NCBI GenBank assembly: GCA_030704615.1 | Contig: CM060734.1 | Location: forward strand, 7,936,001-8,000,000 | DNA: 64,000 nt | Direction of reading: 5' to 3' | From: Takakia lepidozioides | Lineage: Eukaryota > Plantae > Bryophyta | Shown here: piece by piece, positions 39,975-52,270 of the stretch | Layout of the letters: each line of letters opens with the position of its first letter | Numbering within the stretch: position 1 is the first letter of the stretch | Position numbers and translations under genes: made by a program | Notes under the pieces: model-generated | Databases searched by the model: none | What the model saw: only the letters and a program-made list of their open reading frames with translations | What the model was told of the DNA's origin: nothing

Positions 39975-40726
39975 TTGCGTCCATGACCTCAATGTTGCCC
40001 TCGGTCCCCGCTTGTGGTGCACCACCCATAAGGCCCTCTTGGAATAAGGGTGGAAGCCTGTCCCATGCACCCAATAGGCTCGCAGGCGGCTCCCCAAAGT
40101 CCAGGGTCTTCTTCATTGACCGTTCAGGCGACGGACCTCGCAAGGGGCCCTCCAAAGCCAGTGTCACCCTCTCCTCTTCCCCCTCCCTTTCCCGTGCCCC
40201 CTTATTTCCCTCTTCCCTCTTCTTGTCTTCCTCCCTCTTCCTTTCCTCCTCCTTCCACCTCATTGCGGCCTCATTTGAAGCCTCCCTCTTCTCCCAAGGT
40301 GAGGAGGAACCCACCCCCTTCTGAGCCCCCCCCCCCCTTATAAGCCCTCTTGGCTGCAGAAGAAGGGGAAAAGACATTGGCGGTGGGGCTAAGATCAAGT
40401 TGCCCATACCTGGCGCCAGATCTGAGAATGCACTTCCCCGCGTAAAAGTCAGGGCCCTCCATCAGCCCGTGGGGTGGCGTCCCAGCCTGAACATTGGGTG
40501 CACCACCCTCAAGTGGAGGCTCATCCCCAACCTCTTTCGACGGCGTGGAGGCCTCGACGGCCTTACGGCTTGGTCCTCTCACATAGCCGCCTATAGGGCT
40601 AGTGAGTTTGGACCAAGTGGACCGTGTCACACGGTTGTCAATGACGGGAGCGTTGTCAGGCTTACCTACCTTAGCGGCAAGCGATTTCTGCTCCTTTGTC
40701 GGTGCCTTCTCCTTGTCCTTCGCCAT
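39975..40726 (-). pseudogene. First exon of an unknown low-complexity gene (possibly the divergent companion gene of CACTA 3), intron interrupted by Gypsy copy A
   Basis: MAKDKEKAPTKE... ORF linked across a poly-C run (40326-40338) to a Glu/Lys-rich ORF that ends at a GTGAGC donor-like site near 39975. No recognisable domain. Confidence 0.35.
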
Positions 40727-40789
40727 ACTACGAGCTTATCCCTGCGCCCACAACACTACTACCGTGTGATTTCACACGCCAAAAACAAA

Positions 40790-41520
40790 CAAGGCCTGAC
40801 CCTCCCTCTTCCCCTCTCTCCCTCTCCCCCTATCTTTATGTCCTTCTCCATCTCCCCCTTTCTCTCTCTGCTGATAAGCAAAAAAAGAGAAGAGGGGGGG
40901 GGGGGGGGCTGACAGCAGCAGCAGTGCTGCTGCTGTCAGCCCCCCACCATTCCAAAAAGCAAAAAAAAAAAATGTGGGGGGGACTGAGAGCAGCAGCAGC
41001 AAGTACTTGCTACTGCAGCTCTCAGCGCCACCCACCATTGCCAAAACCAAAAAATGAAAGGTCGGGGGGGGGGGCTAAGACCAGCAGCAGCAAGCTGCTC
41101 TTAGCACCCCCCACCATTCCAAAAACAAAAAACAAAAAGGTGGGGGGGGGGGGGGGAAGTGACTGAGTAGCAGCAGCTGCTGAGTCACTCCCCCCCACCT
41201 TCTTTTTATTTTTCTTCCCTCATCTCTCCCACTCTCTCCCTCTCTCCCTCTCTGTCCCTCTGTCCCTCTATCTCCCTCTGTCCCATCAGGATGTGGAGAG
41301 AGAGGGACTGTTGAGGGGGAAAAAAAAAAAAAAAAAAACGGTGGGGGGGTGGGGAAGTGACTGGAGCAACTGCCCCCCAACCTTTTTTTTTTTTTTTTCC
41401 CCCTCAACAGTCCCCCTCTCTCCCTCGTTGCCTCTGTCCCTCTCTCCCTCTCTCTCCCTCTTGTCCCTCATCTCTCCCTCTCTCTCCATCAGTCCCATCA
41501 CGATGTGGAGAAAGAGGGAA
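40790..41520. repeat. Low-complexity fold-back repeat cluster (poly-G/A against poly-C/T arms, CAGCAGCTGCTG cores)
   Basis: For example GGGACTGTTGAGGGGG(A)n ... (T)nCCCCCTCAACAGTCCC across about 41304-41414. Confidence 0.75.
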
Positions 41521-43964
41521 GATATACATGTCATGTCAAGACATGGACAAGACCGCTAAGGTCATTGTCATTGAAAGACAAAACAGCCCTTTACAGGGCA
41601 CCATCTAACATTCCCTTTCATGTTTACAATCTCATTTGAATACCCCATTACATTTCAGGGTCTCTGAAAAAACAGGGTGGGAGGGTGGGATTCCAGGTCA
41701 ATCATATCATGAAAGCACCATAGTTTGCACCATCATTTCAAAAACTCATTTCAAACTCATTTCAAAAACCAGATTGCAGGTTTGGGGATATTTCCCAGAA
41801 TCAAGCTCATAGCACTTCAAGTTGAAACAGCCAGCCATACATGCCTTAAGTATTTGCAAATAGACACAACACCTTAGCAAAATAAGTTGTGAAAACGAGA
41901 TTGTAGGTCTTGGGACATTCCCCAAGACTCATGCTAAAAAACAATTCAAGTTGAGTTTGAACAGTCAAACAAATATGCCTTAAGCATTTGCTGGTTTACA
42001 TCATGTTTCCTCTTGCCCTATTGGCATGGTTCAAGACATGGTATATATCATGAGGCTGCATGCCAACATCCAGGTTTTGAACAAGTCTTATCCCTAGAGG
42101 CTATTGCTGGCCTGAGGTGACGTTTCAGTGTCGTGTCACAAGCAGGAATCATAGAACAGAAGCAAGGCAAATTATCCCAAATTTGCCTGCTATCAGCCCT
42201 CAAATTCAGACTGCTATGAGAGCCATAATGAGTGTGTGTGTTCCCTAAACAAGGCGTACCTGTTTGACACAACAGAGTCAAGCTGAGAGGTTTCATTCCA
42301 AAGCTAGTTTGGTGATGTATCAATGCCAAACCACAATGCAAGGTTGAGTGTTCCAAAACAGATCTAGGTCTTGAGTGGTATTCTAGAACCTCCAAAGATC
42401 TGATTTAACAAAGAAACTCAGAAGAACCCTGCCTGCAGCCAGGCCTTTAAATTGAGAGTCTTTAGCGGGCCAAGGCAAACAAAATCCAGGTCTTGAGCAT
42501 TTCACTTCCCTAAGAAACAATACTGGTTTGAAGTTGATGTTTCAGAACCAAGATACAAGCAAGATTCTTAAAAAGGAAGAAGAAACAACAGGGTTGAGCC
42601 CCCTTAAGCAGGTATAGGCCTGGAATGGTATTTTAAGGCCTCATAAAATAGCTCTACCAAGGTGAAAGAGCAACTCAGAAACCCCTGTTTGTTATCAAGC
42701 CATGAAACCAAAATGATATGAGGGCCTTGAAGAATGTGTGTTATCTATCAAAGCTTATCCTTTTGATCCATCAAAGTCATACCAAGAAGTTTCATTTCAG
42801 AGCCAAGTATCAAAGCAGTCAAAGTAATAACTGCTATTTTGTACCCTTGTACCCTTCATAGCTTAACTCCTACACATGCAAATGTGGTTGTAAAAAACCA
42901 GAAACAGGGGTAAGGAGAGAAGCAGATCCTCATTGGAGCCATCTTGGAGCAGGTCTGAAGCGGCATGGTGGCAGTTTGAAGCAGCAAATGGCATCAGCAG
43001 CTTAGGCAGCAGCAGTATCCACATTTGCAAGAACAGGAGCTGCAAGCTTCAAGAAATCAAGACAAGTGAAGACCCTCACCTGTGCCCGTCCCAAGAACCA
43101 CCACATAGCGATGTGTGTTAGTGAGGATGCAGCAGGTGAGTGGCAGGTCTTCACAGTTGCTATCCATGTCAGTGTTGAATTCTAAAGCATGTACAGATCA
43201 CAATTCAAGCAAGGGTAAACTCAAAAAACCTTGAGTGTTTGTGGTATGCCCTGCGCCATGGCGTCCAACAAATCGTCTCCAACAGAACGCAATCAAAGTA
43301 GAAGCGTTCACAGATAGAGAATGGCTCATACAAGAAGAGAGCAACATGTAATCTGTATATAAATAGGGATAGAGTACTTCCCAACGAGGAGTAAAAGCGC
43401 CGTTGCAAAATAAAGAACCATGAGTTTCTGAGCAAAGCGATCATCGCTTTGTCGTCTGCCAGAGATGAATCTGCCTAACTGCCAATGCGCATCCCAAGAG
43501 CCAGCCATCACGAGTATCATGTAGCAGCAGGGGAGCAGGTTTACGCGGCGCATCATCAAGGTTCACTGAAGCACGAGTTCAGTGCTGTGAAATGTGTCGG
43601 CGTGCTTAGGGCATAACTTCCCGATTTCTCATCCAGGGTGGATGAAAAATCACATTTTATCAAGAGAAGCACATTGTCAATGGATGACATCCAATAAAAA
43701 GGTATCTTTTAGGGTTATGGTATAGGCTTAGGTTTAATAACTGCCATCATTTATGATGGTAGTTTTATTATCTCTTGGATTTTAAAATAGGTAACCATTA
43801 TTCATGTAGTTCATCCAGTTTAGATGAAAGAAATAGATGGTAAACCAAGCTTTCTGTACATTAAGTTTCATCATCCTATAATAATATCATCCAGATTTGG
43901 ATGAAAAAGGTTGGGATGAAAAACTAAATAACCTCAAAAGGTTAAGGCCAGATGAAATCCAAAG

Positions 43965-44700
43965 AGTTATAGAGGGAGAGGGAGAGAGGGAGAGAGAGGG
44001 AGTGATGAGGGGGAAAAAAAAAATAAAAAAAAATGGGGGGGGGGACGGGGGTGTGACTGAGCAGCAGCTGTCCTATGAAGATGTGGAGAGAGAGGGAGAG
44101 AGAGGGACTGTTGAGGGGAAAAAAAAAGAAAAAAGAAAAGAAGGTTGGGTTGGGGGGGGGGAGTTACTGGTCAATCATTCCCCCACCGCCCCACCTTTTG
44201 TTTTTCTTGTTTTTCCCTCAACAGTCCCTCTCTCTGTCCCTCTCTCCTTCTGTCCATCTCTCTCCCTCTTTTCCTGCATCTCTCCCTCTGTGCCATCAGG
44301 ATGTGGAGAGAGAGGGAGAGAGGGAGTGATGATGGGAAAAAACAAAAAAAAAGGTGGGGGGGGGGAGTGACTGGCAGCTGCTGCTCAGTCAATCTCCCCC
44401 CCCCCACTTTTTTTTTTTTCCCCTCATTTCTCCGTCTCTCTCCTCCCTTTGTCCCTGTCCCTCTGCTGCTCACAAAAGAAAAAAACTAGAGAGGACTGAA
44501 GCTGCTGCTGCTCAGTCCCTCCCCCCCCCCACCATTCTTCTTGTATTTTCTTGGCCCCCTCTATCCTCTCTCCCGTCTGTTCCCTCTCCCTCTCTCTCCT
44601 CGTTCTCCCTCTCTCTCCTTCTCCTTTGGGCAGGTACAAAAAAAAAAGGTAAATCTCTCCCTCTCTTTCTCTCTCTCCCTCTCTCTCCATGAAATTGAAA
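43965..44700. repeat. Second copy of the fold-back repeat cluster
   Basis: Shares GATGTGGAGAGAGAGGG and GGGACTGTTGAGGG...CCCTCAACAGTCCC motifs with 41150-41520. Confidence 0.75.
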
Positions 44701-46379
44701 CTGAAGAACACTTCTTCTATGGCCTATATACTATGAGATCCGTGGGGATGCCACTGTCTACTCGTGGAACCCAAACTCTCACTATGAAGATCATAAATGC
44801 ATGGCTGCTTACCTGGCCTTGGGCGCCTCACGCTCGCGCTCCGCCACCAGGTCGCGTGGGCGCGCTCCCTCGCTCAGACTACCCAAAAAAATAAAACAAG
44901 AGGAAGAGAAAGAAGCGAGGAGAGGGAGGGCAGCTCCTCACGCGGCAGCTCCTTCATGCTTGCGGTCCCTCCCGCGTCGGCTGGCGTTCGGCTGGCGCTC
45001 CACCAGCAGTCGCGGGGGCGCGCTCCAGCTCGCTCAAACAGCAAAAAAAAAAACACTCCGGCACGAGGGGGTAGTTACGCCGGGCGAGCTCGAGAGCAAA
45101 AAAAACAAGTAGGAATGGAGGGAGGGAGGGAGGAAGAGTGAGAGGAGGAGGGTGAGGGAGAGAGAGATCAGAATAGAGAGATTGAGAGTGGGAGTGAGAG
45201 GTGGTCGGTGCAGCCACGAGCGCGCCAGTGTGGCGACCCCACCGGAAAACTTGGCGGCGATCAGGTGCCTTCGCGAAGGGAGAGAGAAGGGACAGAAGGG
45301 CGGCCACCTTGCAGGAGGAGGTCCGCTTGCGACGTTGGGGAATCGCACGGGCACCGCGCCTCATGGGGACGTCGCACTGCAGTCGCAGTGGCGACGAATC
45401 TGGCGCAGAAAGTAGTTTGAAGAGGCTCTCACTTTTGTTTTTTGTTTTTTTTGGTTTTTTGGGTTATGGGGTTTTGCAAAGATCATTTGGTTTTTGGGTC
45501 TTGGTCTCTAGGGTTTAAGGGTACATAGTTGAGTTTAAGGTTGGTTATAATATAGTTAGTTTAGGATTAGCTGGCAATATAGTTTTGTTTTTAGGGTTTC
45601 ATTTTTTTGCGGGGTGGGGACATATGGCTTTACGTTTGTAGGGTTTTTTTTTTCAAGTATTCCATGGGTTGAGAGGTAACTCCTCCGGAGGTTACTGTGG
45701 TTCACAATACGGTACTGGTTCCTCTCTCTCTGCTAGGTCATGCCGCGTGGTTATCGACGTGTCACTCTTGAGGATTCGTTGCCGGCTTGTGCCACAACCA
45801 CCTGCTGAGGGCGAAACAGCACGTTTGCCTCGTCTACGAGTTAGGCTGGCATCGCCATGTCCGCACGCTTTGCCCCCACGGCCACCACCCCGAGGTCGTA
45901 GGCCACCAAGTCCAGAGGCACGAGCCTCGGGGATCCACCCGCCAGGGACCGCCTCCCCAAGATAGTGTTTTGTGCAGTTGGTGTGGGCACGACCACCGAT
46001 TGGGAGGACCAACCGATGATGCGGCGACCCCATGTTTGTGTCAAAAACATTACGGCAAGTATGAGATTGCTGATGCAGGAAAGGAAGTCGTCATCAGATC
46101 TTCTCACGTACTCCGCAATTAAAAAGTACTATATCTAATGAAACCTCGCGTTTGTGAATTGAGTATTGATGCATTTCATATCATGCATCTTGCAGCCCCG
46201 TCTTGATGTCCAAACTTGCAATTTTTTTGATGAAGAGGCATACCAATGCGGGTTTCTTCTTTCTTACGAGCCCCACCCCGTTCCGGATATGAACATTTTT
46301 TCTCGCAACATGACGTAGATGCAGTTTGTGAGGTAGCGGGGTACGATGCATGTTTTTCTATTTTTGGGCACCGGGCAGG

Positions 46380-46610
46380 CGCTTGTCACCTACGCAAACA
46401 CATTCGCATCCTCGACATTGGCACCCCCATCATCACCATCATCCGCATCGTCCGTCTCCTATTGTACATGGTCTTTCCTCATCACCATTGCCATCGAGGT
46501 CCCTAATACGACCGGCTATGTGCCCTCCCCTCCATTGCCGAGACCACAGCCGCCACTGAGTCCGAGTTTTACATCCTCGACATCGGCACCCCCATCATCA
46601 CCATCATCCA
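46380..46610 (+). pseudogene. 5' Pro/Ser-rich part of the SET-domain gene, upstream of the Gypsy insertion
   Basis: Frame ...SSTSAPPSSPSS joins in frame to ASSVPPIVHVL... at 57008 once 46611-57007 and one TSD are removed. An internal duplicate at 46405-46495 shows the uninterrupted junction. Confidence 0.7.
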
Positions 46611-46844
46611 TGTCGTGCGCATACATATCGCTACGCAACTACATCGCTGTCCAAAACCACACAACATATGTGCACACAAACATAGTCTATCACTAGTCCA
46701 CACTAGTGCACCACTAGGCTGCCACTAGACAACAACTAGTCACCACTAGTGCAGCCACTAGTCAACCACTAGGCGCCACTAGCCACCACTAGTGCACCCA
46801 CTAGCCCTCACTAGGCTGCCATTTAAATTAATAAGCCCCTTACA
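46611..46844 (-). repeat. 3' LTR-like terminal segment (234 bp, TGTAAG...CGACA) rich in CACTAG repeats
   Basis: Preceded on the minus strand by a G-tract (46849-46854); TG...CA ends; more than ten CACTAG/ACTAG units. No matching 5' copy. Confidence 0.55.
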
Positions 46845-47109
46845 ATCGCCCCCCGAGCTGGCGCTTAGGTCCCTCTAAGTCCAGGTAGCCACAAGATGTG
46901 ATAGTGGCCATAGCTCACTAGTCCTCCACCATTGTCCCTACGAAACTCACACTCAAAACTCCAATAGATCAAGAGGCCGGGTACAAGAGTTGCCCCATCG
47001 TTAGTCCCCGTCTTGCAATCTGTGAACTTGAGCCTGAGATCTTGGGTATTGACTCCTATGAGCTTGGCCTCCCATGTCTTGTGAGCTGCCACTAGTCATA
47101 TCCACTGCC

Positions 47110-47265
47110 ACTATCCCAAGCAGTGTGGACATAACCAATCTCCATCAGGACCCTCTCAAGAGGTGGTGTCAAGCATCCCATGTGCCAACCCTTTGAGCAT
47201 CGATTCACACACCAGCATAGTGGCGGCACCACGAGCATGCCCACATAGCATGCAACGCAATCCTA
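47110..47265 (-). pseudogene. PHD finger at the C-terminus of the integrase
   Basis: After correcting two 1-nt shifts: CMLCGHARGAATMLVCDRCSKGWHMGCLTPPLERVPDGDWLCPHCLG-stop, a C4-H-C3 PHD pattern. Confidence 0.88.
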
Positions 47266-47339
47266 CATGTACCACTACAAGGTTGGGATCTATCCTCCCA
47301 TCCACAGTGGAAGGGACATGGCGCACAATTACGCACATG

Positions 47340-48420
47340 GTCCTTCCCTACCCATGCCATCTCGACCCTCCAGAATCAACACTCTGAGGCAATACCTCCC
47401 TGACTCTTAGAATCACACGTCCTGCTATGACATCCATGGTCGTAGGCGCTGTCTGCTGCAGAAAAACATAGTCCCAGGGTGGAAACGCCGAACACCTGGC
47501 CGATATCCCCCTCCACGTATAATGGCATACCTTAATGTGTCTCGGTGTTGGGCATTAGCAAAATTCTCAAAAGCCATAGGCATGACTCTCTTGAACAACT
47601 CTGCCGCTGGGCAAATGCTTGTGTCCACATCCGGATCATCAAGGTTGAGGGACTACTGGAGCCTCCCTGCGAATAGAGCAGGCAAATCTGGCTCTCGGCC
47701 AACCAAAGAGAAGGAAATATGGTGAGAAGGAGGCAAGTGATGCTTGCTTGCTAAACCTGTAGCCATGGCTAGCCAAGGTACCTGAAGATTCCAATCTCCT
47801 AGGTGTCCCTTTTGCAAGCCATACTTGCGCAAACCCCTCTTCACTGTCTGAACCACTCTCTCTGCCAAGCCATCGGCCTCGGGATGATCCCCAGAAGTGG
47901 GTCTATCAAGGCTTTATCACACAAAGCCTGAAACTCCCCCAAGAACTCTCTCCCTTGGTCCGTGAGTACCTCAGCTGGAGCACCGAATCGTCAAAGCACA
48001 CGATCCAGGAATGCATACGCAGCCCCCTCACTAGCCTTGTCAGGCAATGGAACCAACTCAATCCACTTGGAGAAGTGCTCTACCATCACCAACACAGATC
48101 TGTGGTGGCGCATCGTTAGTGGCAACGGCCCTGCGAAGTCAAGACTCCACCTATAGCCCAATCCCATGATGGGTAATGGATGCAACTGTGGTGTAGGGGC
48201 GTTGAATGAAGCACGCACCCTATCACACGCCATGCACCTAACCACAAACTATTGCACCTCTGTGTGCATACCACGCCACCAATACTGCCCCTGCAGTAAA
48301 TTATGAGTGCGTCGCACCCAAAATGCCCCAACTCCTCATAGGCATGCCGCACTAATCGTGCACGCTGTGTTGGGTGAGGCACGATCCTCACCCAACCATC
48401 CTCCCACACTCGAAGTAGGT
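47340..48420 (-). pseudogene. Gypsy integrase (zinc-binding region plus DDE core)
   Basis: HAYEELGHFG...CMACDR; WSLDFAGPLP; VEHFSKWIELVPL; VLTDQG; LAERVVQTVKRGL. Confidence 0.92.
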
Positions 48421-48721
48421 GTATCCCCTCCCACTTGAACCTCTTGGCTTGTTGCAGGATCCGATCCCTCTTCTTAGCAGTCACACTAGCTGTCGTGTCT
48501 CTAGTGCGGAGGTAGTCCAACATAACCGAAATCTCATGTATATCTCTGGCACCACCTGGCTCATCACTAGCCTCAGGGTCCTCAGACACTCCGTCTACAG
48601 TCATCCCTGTTGTAGGTCCAACCTGACCTCCCGATGCCAAGATACACAAAAAGGCATTTGCATGCTATCCCGGCACCAACTCCTCGTCCGTCTCACCATG
48701 CCACCAAGCTCCAGAGTCATC

Positions 48722-50115
48722 CTACTGGCTCGTGCATGGATTGTAACTCAATCCATCCGCATCCCTATTGACCAAACCTGGTCGATGCACAACCTGAAAG
48801 TCATACTCTTGGAGTATAAGTGCGTACCGTGCAAGCTTCCCCGTAAGCTTGTCTGACTCCATCAACCACTTGAGTGGCCGGTGAACCGTGACAAGGGTGA
48901 AGAGATTGCCGTATAGATAGCACCTGAAGTGTGCCACGACCCACAGTGCAGCGAAACACTCCCCCTCATATGAGCTATACTTAGACTCTGCAGCGTTGTT
49001 CGAGCGGCTAGCATAAGCCACTACGAACTCTCTTCCCTCATCATCCACCTGTGGGAGCACCGCTCCAAGCCCCAGCATGCTCCAATCTGTATGCACCTGA
49101 AAGGTTCGCCCCCTGATTAGGTCGTCTCAAGATCGGGGCCCCGAGGTCAACCTCGCCTTGAGTTCCTGAAAAAGCTCGCTCTTTGGCTCATCTTCCCACT
49201 GCCACTCCTGGTCTACCTTGGTCAGCTTGGTTAGAGCCTTTGCAATAGCACTAAATCCCTTGACAAAAATATAGTAGTTTGCCAACCCCATGAAAGCTCG
49301 AACTCGGCTCACATCCATGGGACGTGGAATCTGTGCGATGGCCTCTACCTTAGTCTGCTGCACCCCCAATCCTCCAGGATATATCATGTGGCCCAGATAC
49401 TTAATTTGGTTGTGGAAGGACTTGCACTTTCCCCGATGTAATTTCAATCCGTGCGCTCTCAAGGCGCTCAAACACCACCTGAAAGGTATCTCTCGTGCTC
49501 CTCCACCGTAGCACTAAAGATGATGATGTCATCTATGTAGCACCGAGCAAAGTCCACCCCTGCTAGAATCTTGTCCATGACTTCTGGAACTCTGCAGGAG
49601 CGTTCTTAAGCCCGAATGGCAAGAACCGCCACTGATATAGGCAATCATTCCCGTGCTCATTGATCCCCCAAAATGTCGTCTTCTGCTTGTCCGCCTCCTT
49701 GATCGGCAACTGGTGATATCCGGACCGCAAGTCCACAGTGCTAAAGACCTTGGCATGCCCAATGGCATCAAAAGATCTCCTCCGGTGTGGGCATGGCATA
49801 AACTTATCGGACTTGGTCTAACGATTTACAGGCCGGTAATCACGGCACATACGTCTCTCCGACCAATTGCCATAGACATCCTTCTTGGCTGGCATCACCG
49901 TGGCTGAAGCATACTCTCCACCAGAGAGCTCCACCAAACCAGCCTCCCAAAAGATCTTGAGTCCTCATCTGAATCAAAGACCTCTCCATGTCACTGTATC
50001 TATAGGGTCTCCAAAAGATTGGCGTGTCCGTGGCCAACTCAATACGAATCTCCTGACCCTTCTGTGCTCCCAAATCCTTCAAACTGAAGGCAAAGCAATT
50101 CCTGTAAGCCCTCAC
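48722..50115 (-). pseudogene. Reverse transcriptase plus RNase H (frameshifted)
   Basis: FSTVDLRSGYHQ; LPFGLKNAPAEFQ; CYIDDIIIFS at about 49515-49545; KYLGHMI; VRAFMGLANYY; HTDWSMLGLGAVL...VAYASRS...YSSYEGEC. Confidence 0.95.
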
Positions 50116-50561
50116 AAACCGCCGTTTACGTTGTCTCTCTCCTCCAGTGACAATGGGTCCAATGTCAGGCTCCCAATTGTCCTCCGTAACTGCAACCTTA
50201 AGTCCAGTAGACTTAGAGGTAGGAGACGCGTCTCGTGGTTCCTATGTCGCAACCTCATGAGCAGTACTCCCTGCCTGCTCAGTCAATGACAAGGCCTCAT
50301 CTTGCCCCATCATCTCATCCTTGAGGACCTCCTCAAACCCGAGAAGAATCCCAACCTCATCCATCATAGCCGCCTTGGCTGCCAACTCCCTCTGAACCTC
50401 GAGCACCTCCCACGTGTGCCATGGATGTCTACACCCGTGGTCTCACCGGCTCACCCCCACTCACTATCTGTACCATCTCCGTAGGCAGAGAGACCGTCAA
50501 GGGAAGTGCACTCCGCACTCTTCGTTGCTCAGCCATAGCCAAGCTGATAATCCAAGTCAAG

Positions 50562-51490
50562 CTATGAGATCATTACTTGCCCCAACACCTGACAACGTGA
50601 TGCCTCAGAAAGAGACGGCACCGCCGTGGTCCCAGTGGAAAAACCCATAGCCTGCTCTCGCTCGTCGGCATTAGGCTCCACTAACTGCTGCAACTGAGCA
50701 TCCCACAGGAGGCCAGGTCCACTATCCCGGAAAGCATGCGATCCTGGGAAGTGAGCAGTGTAAGGTAGTGCTGCTCGTGGTTGACCCACCTTGTTGACCA
50801 CTGCCAAAGGCAAACGGTCATCGTGTCTCACACGCTGAGACTGCCTCCCTATGTCCAAAATGCTATCCACTGTGAGGTGTGCTGGCCGCTGCACCCCATC
50901 AAATGCACGCTTAAGCAGTGCGGGTGGCATCAAGTTAGTCCACCATAACCGTGGACGATGAGCCCGTGACCCCACTGTAGCTGCATCCAGCAACACTGCT
51001 GATCCAAGCCACGACCGAACCTGATGCACACTGGCCATCACCCTGGCCCGAGAATCGTCCATCAGTGGCACATTCTCCAAGATGTATACTGGAGATACAG
51101 CCTGATGAAGCTGTAAGTGGCGCAAAACCCCCACCATCTCCCAAAACAGACATGACCTCGAGTCTCGCAATCCATTGCCATGCCCGGCTGATGAATGCTC
51201 TTGGCAGGGCCAACCTGCCACTACCAAATCAACGGAGCCAACCCGCTCCAAATCCTGCACCCCCAGCAAAGAGATGTCTGCTAGCAAGGCCTGCTGATAT
51301 CCACGAACCGCAGACACCGGCAACAACTCAGGGTACTGCTGCACCAACTGAGCAACATGACGGAGGGAGACACATCGTGCAGTCTCATCCCTCTCCACAT
51401 ACAGGTAACGTCGTACTCGTACACCTGCCTATAGAACAGCAGCCAATCCAGTGCTAATCCCGCCAAACAAATCCAGAAGGCAAATGCCTC
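50562..51490 (-). pseudogene. C5 cytosine DNA methyltransferase domain (DNMT3-like motifs) inside the Gypsy pol, one in-frame TAG near 51430
   Basis: Motif I GICLLDLFGGISTGLAAVL*AG (about 51490-51425, in frame just upstream of the listed ORF); II YLYVERD; IV VDLVVAGWPCQEHSSAG; VI YILENVP; VIII GSRAHRPRLWWTN; IX/X EREQAMGF...T......RCQVLGQ. Confidence 0.92.
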
Positions 51491-51879
51491 ATCCGGACAC
51501 TGTCACACAATTGGTGTGGTGTCCAATGGAGACAATAGAGGTGGACCTGGTGCAATTCCCGCACTCTCCTCCTCTCCTGACAGTACAAAAGCCTCTACCC
51601 AGGCTTGTTGCACACGACAATCAGCAACCCGCTGCAAATCCTTGCTAGAACCCCACAATGGAGTGTGAGCAACCATGGCAGGCAACTCCGCCATACCATA
51701 CATGTCATCCTGCTCTCCCGGAGGTGACACATCCTTTGAATGAGTGTTGCCATCCAACAACTCTCCAGGCCAAGTCACTGTAGCTGTGAATGCTGCCAGT
51801 GTTGGCATCTGCCTCGCTGGGCAACCGCAAACTCCTCTATGAACGTCACAGGGAGGCCTGCACACGCCGGCCCTCCCCT

Positions 51880-52270
51880 GACTGCCATCCAGGCCTATAG
51901 GAAGCCGACTCCTCCCAAAAATCTAGGGTGAAGCCCATGGGGTACAATATTGCCCCACCAACAAGGACATCATACGAGACCGCGTCTGTCACAATGGCCT
52001 TGGCTCTCATCACTGAGCCATCTGTAGGATGATCCGGCTATAGTCGAATAGTCAACTCATGCCGTGTCATGCCCCGAGCCTGCTCTGATCCTCCCAGAGA
52101 TGTCTGTATCTGGAAAGGGCACGGCTCCATATCCGCCTCCGTGAGGCCCAAGCCTGCAATAGCAGCTCTGCCCAACATCAATGGCTGAGCTCCCGAGTCC
52201 AACAAGACTCACAATGGCCGGTACCTCTTGCCTGTCGGTCCACTCAAACAGAAAATGCCATCCTGGTTGT
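51880..52270 (-). pseudogene. Aspartic protease of DNMT-Gypsy copy B
   Basis: The minus strand reads RYRPL*VLLDSGAQPLMLG (DSG at about 52191-52199). Confidence 0.85.

Noticed and set aside
41600-43600. Short ORFs as a host gene
   Set aside because: AT-rich intron-like sequence with no identifiable domain.
46690-46815. Multiple CACTAG motifs as CACTA termini
   Set aside because: They form a short tandem array inside the retroelement terminal block, without TIR core or 3-bp TSD.
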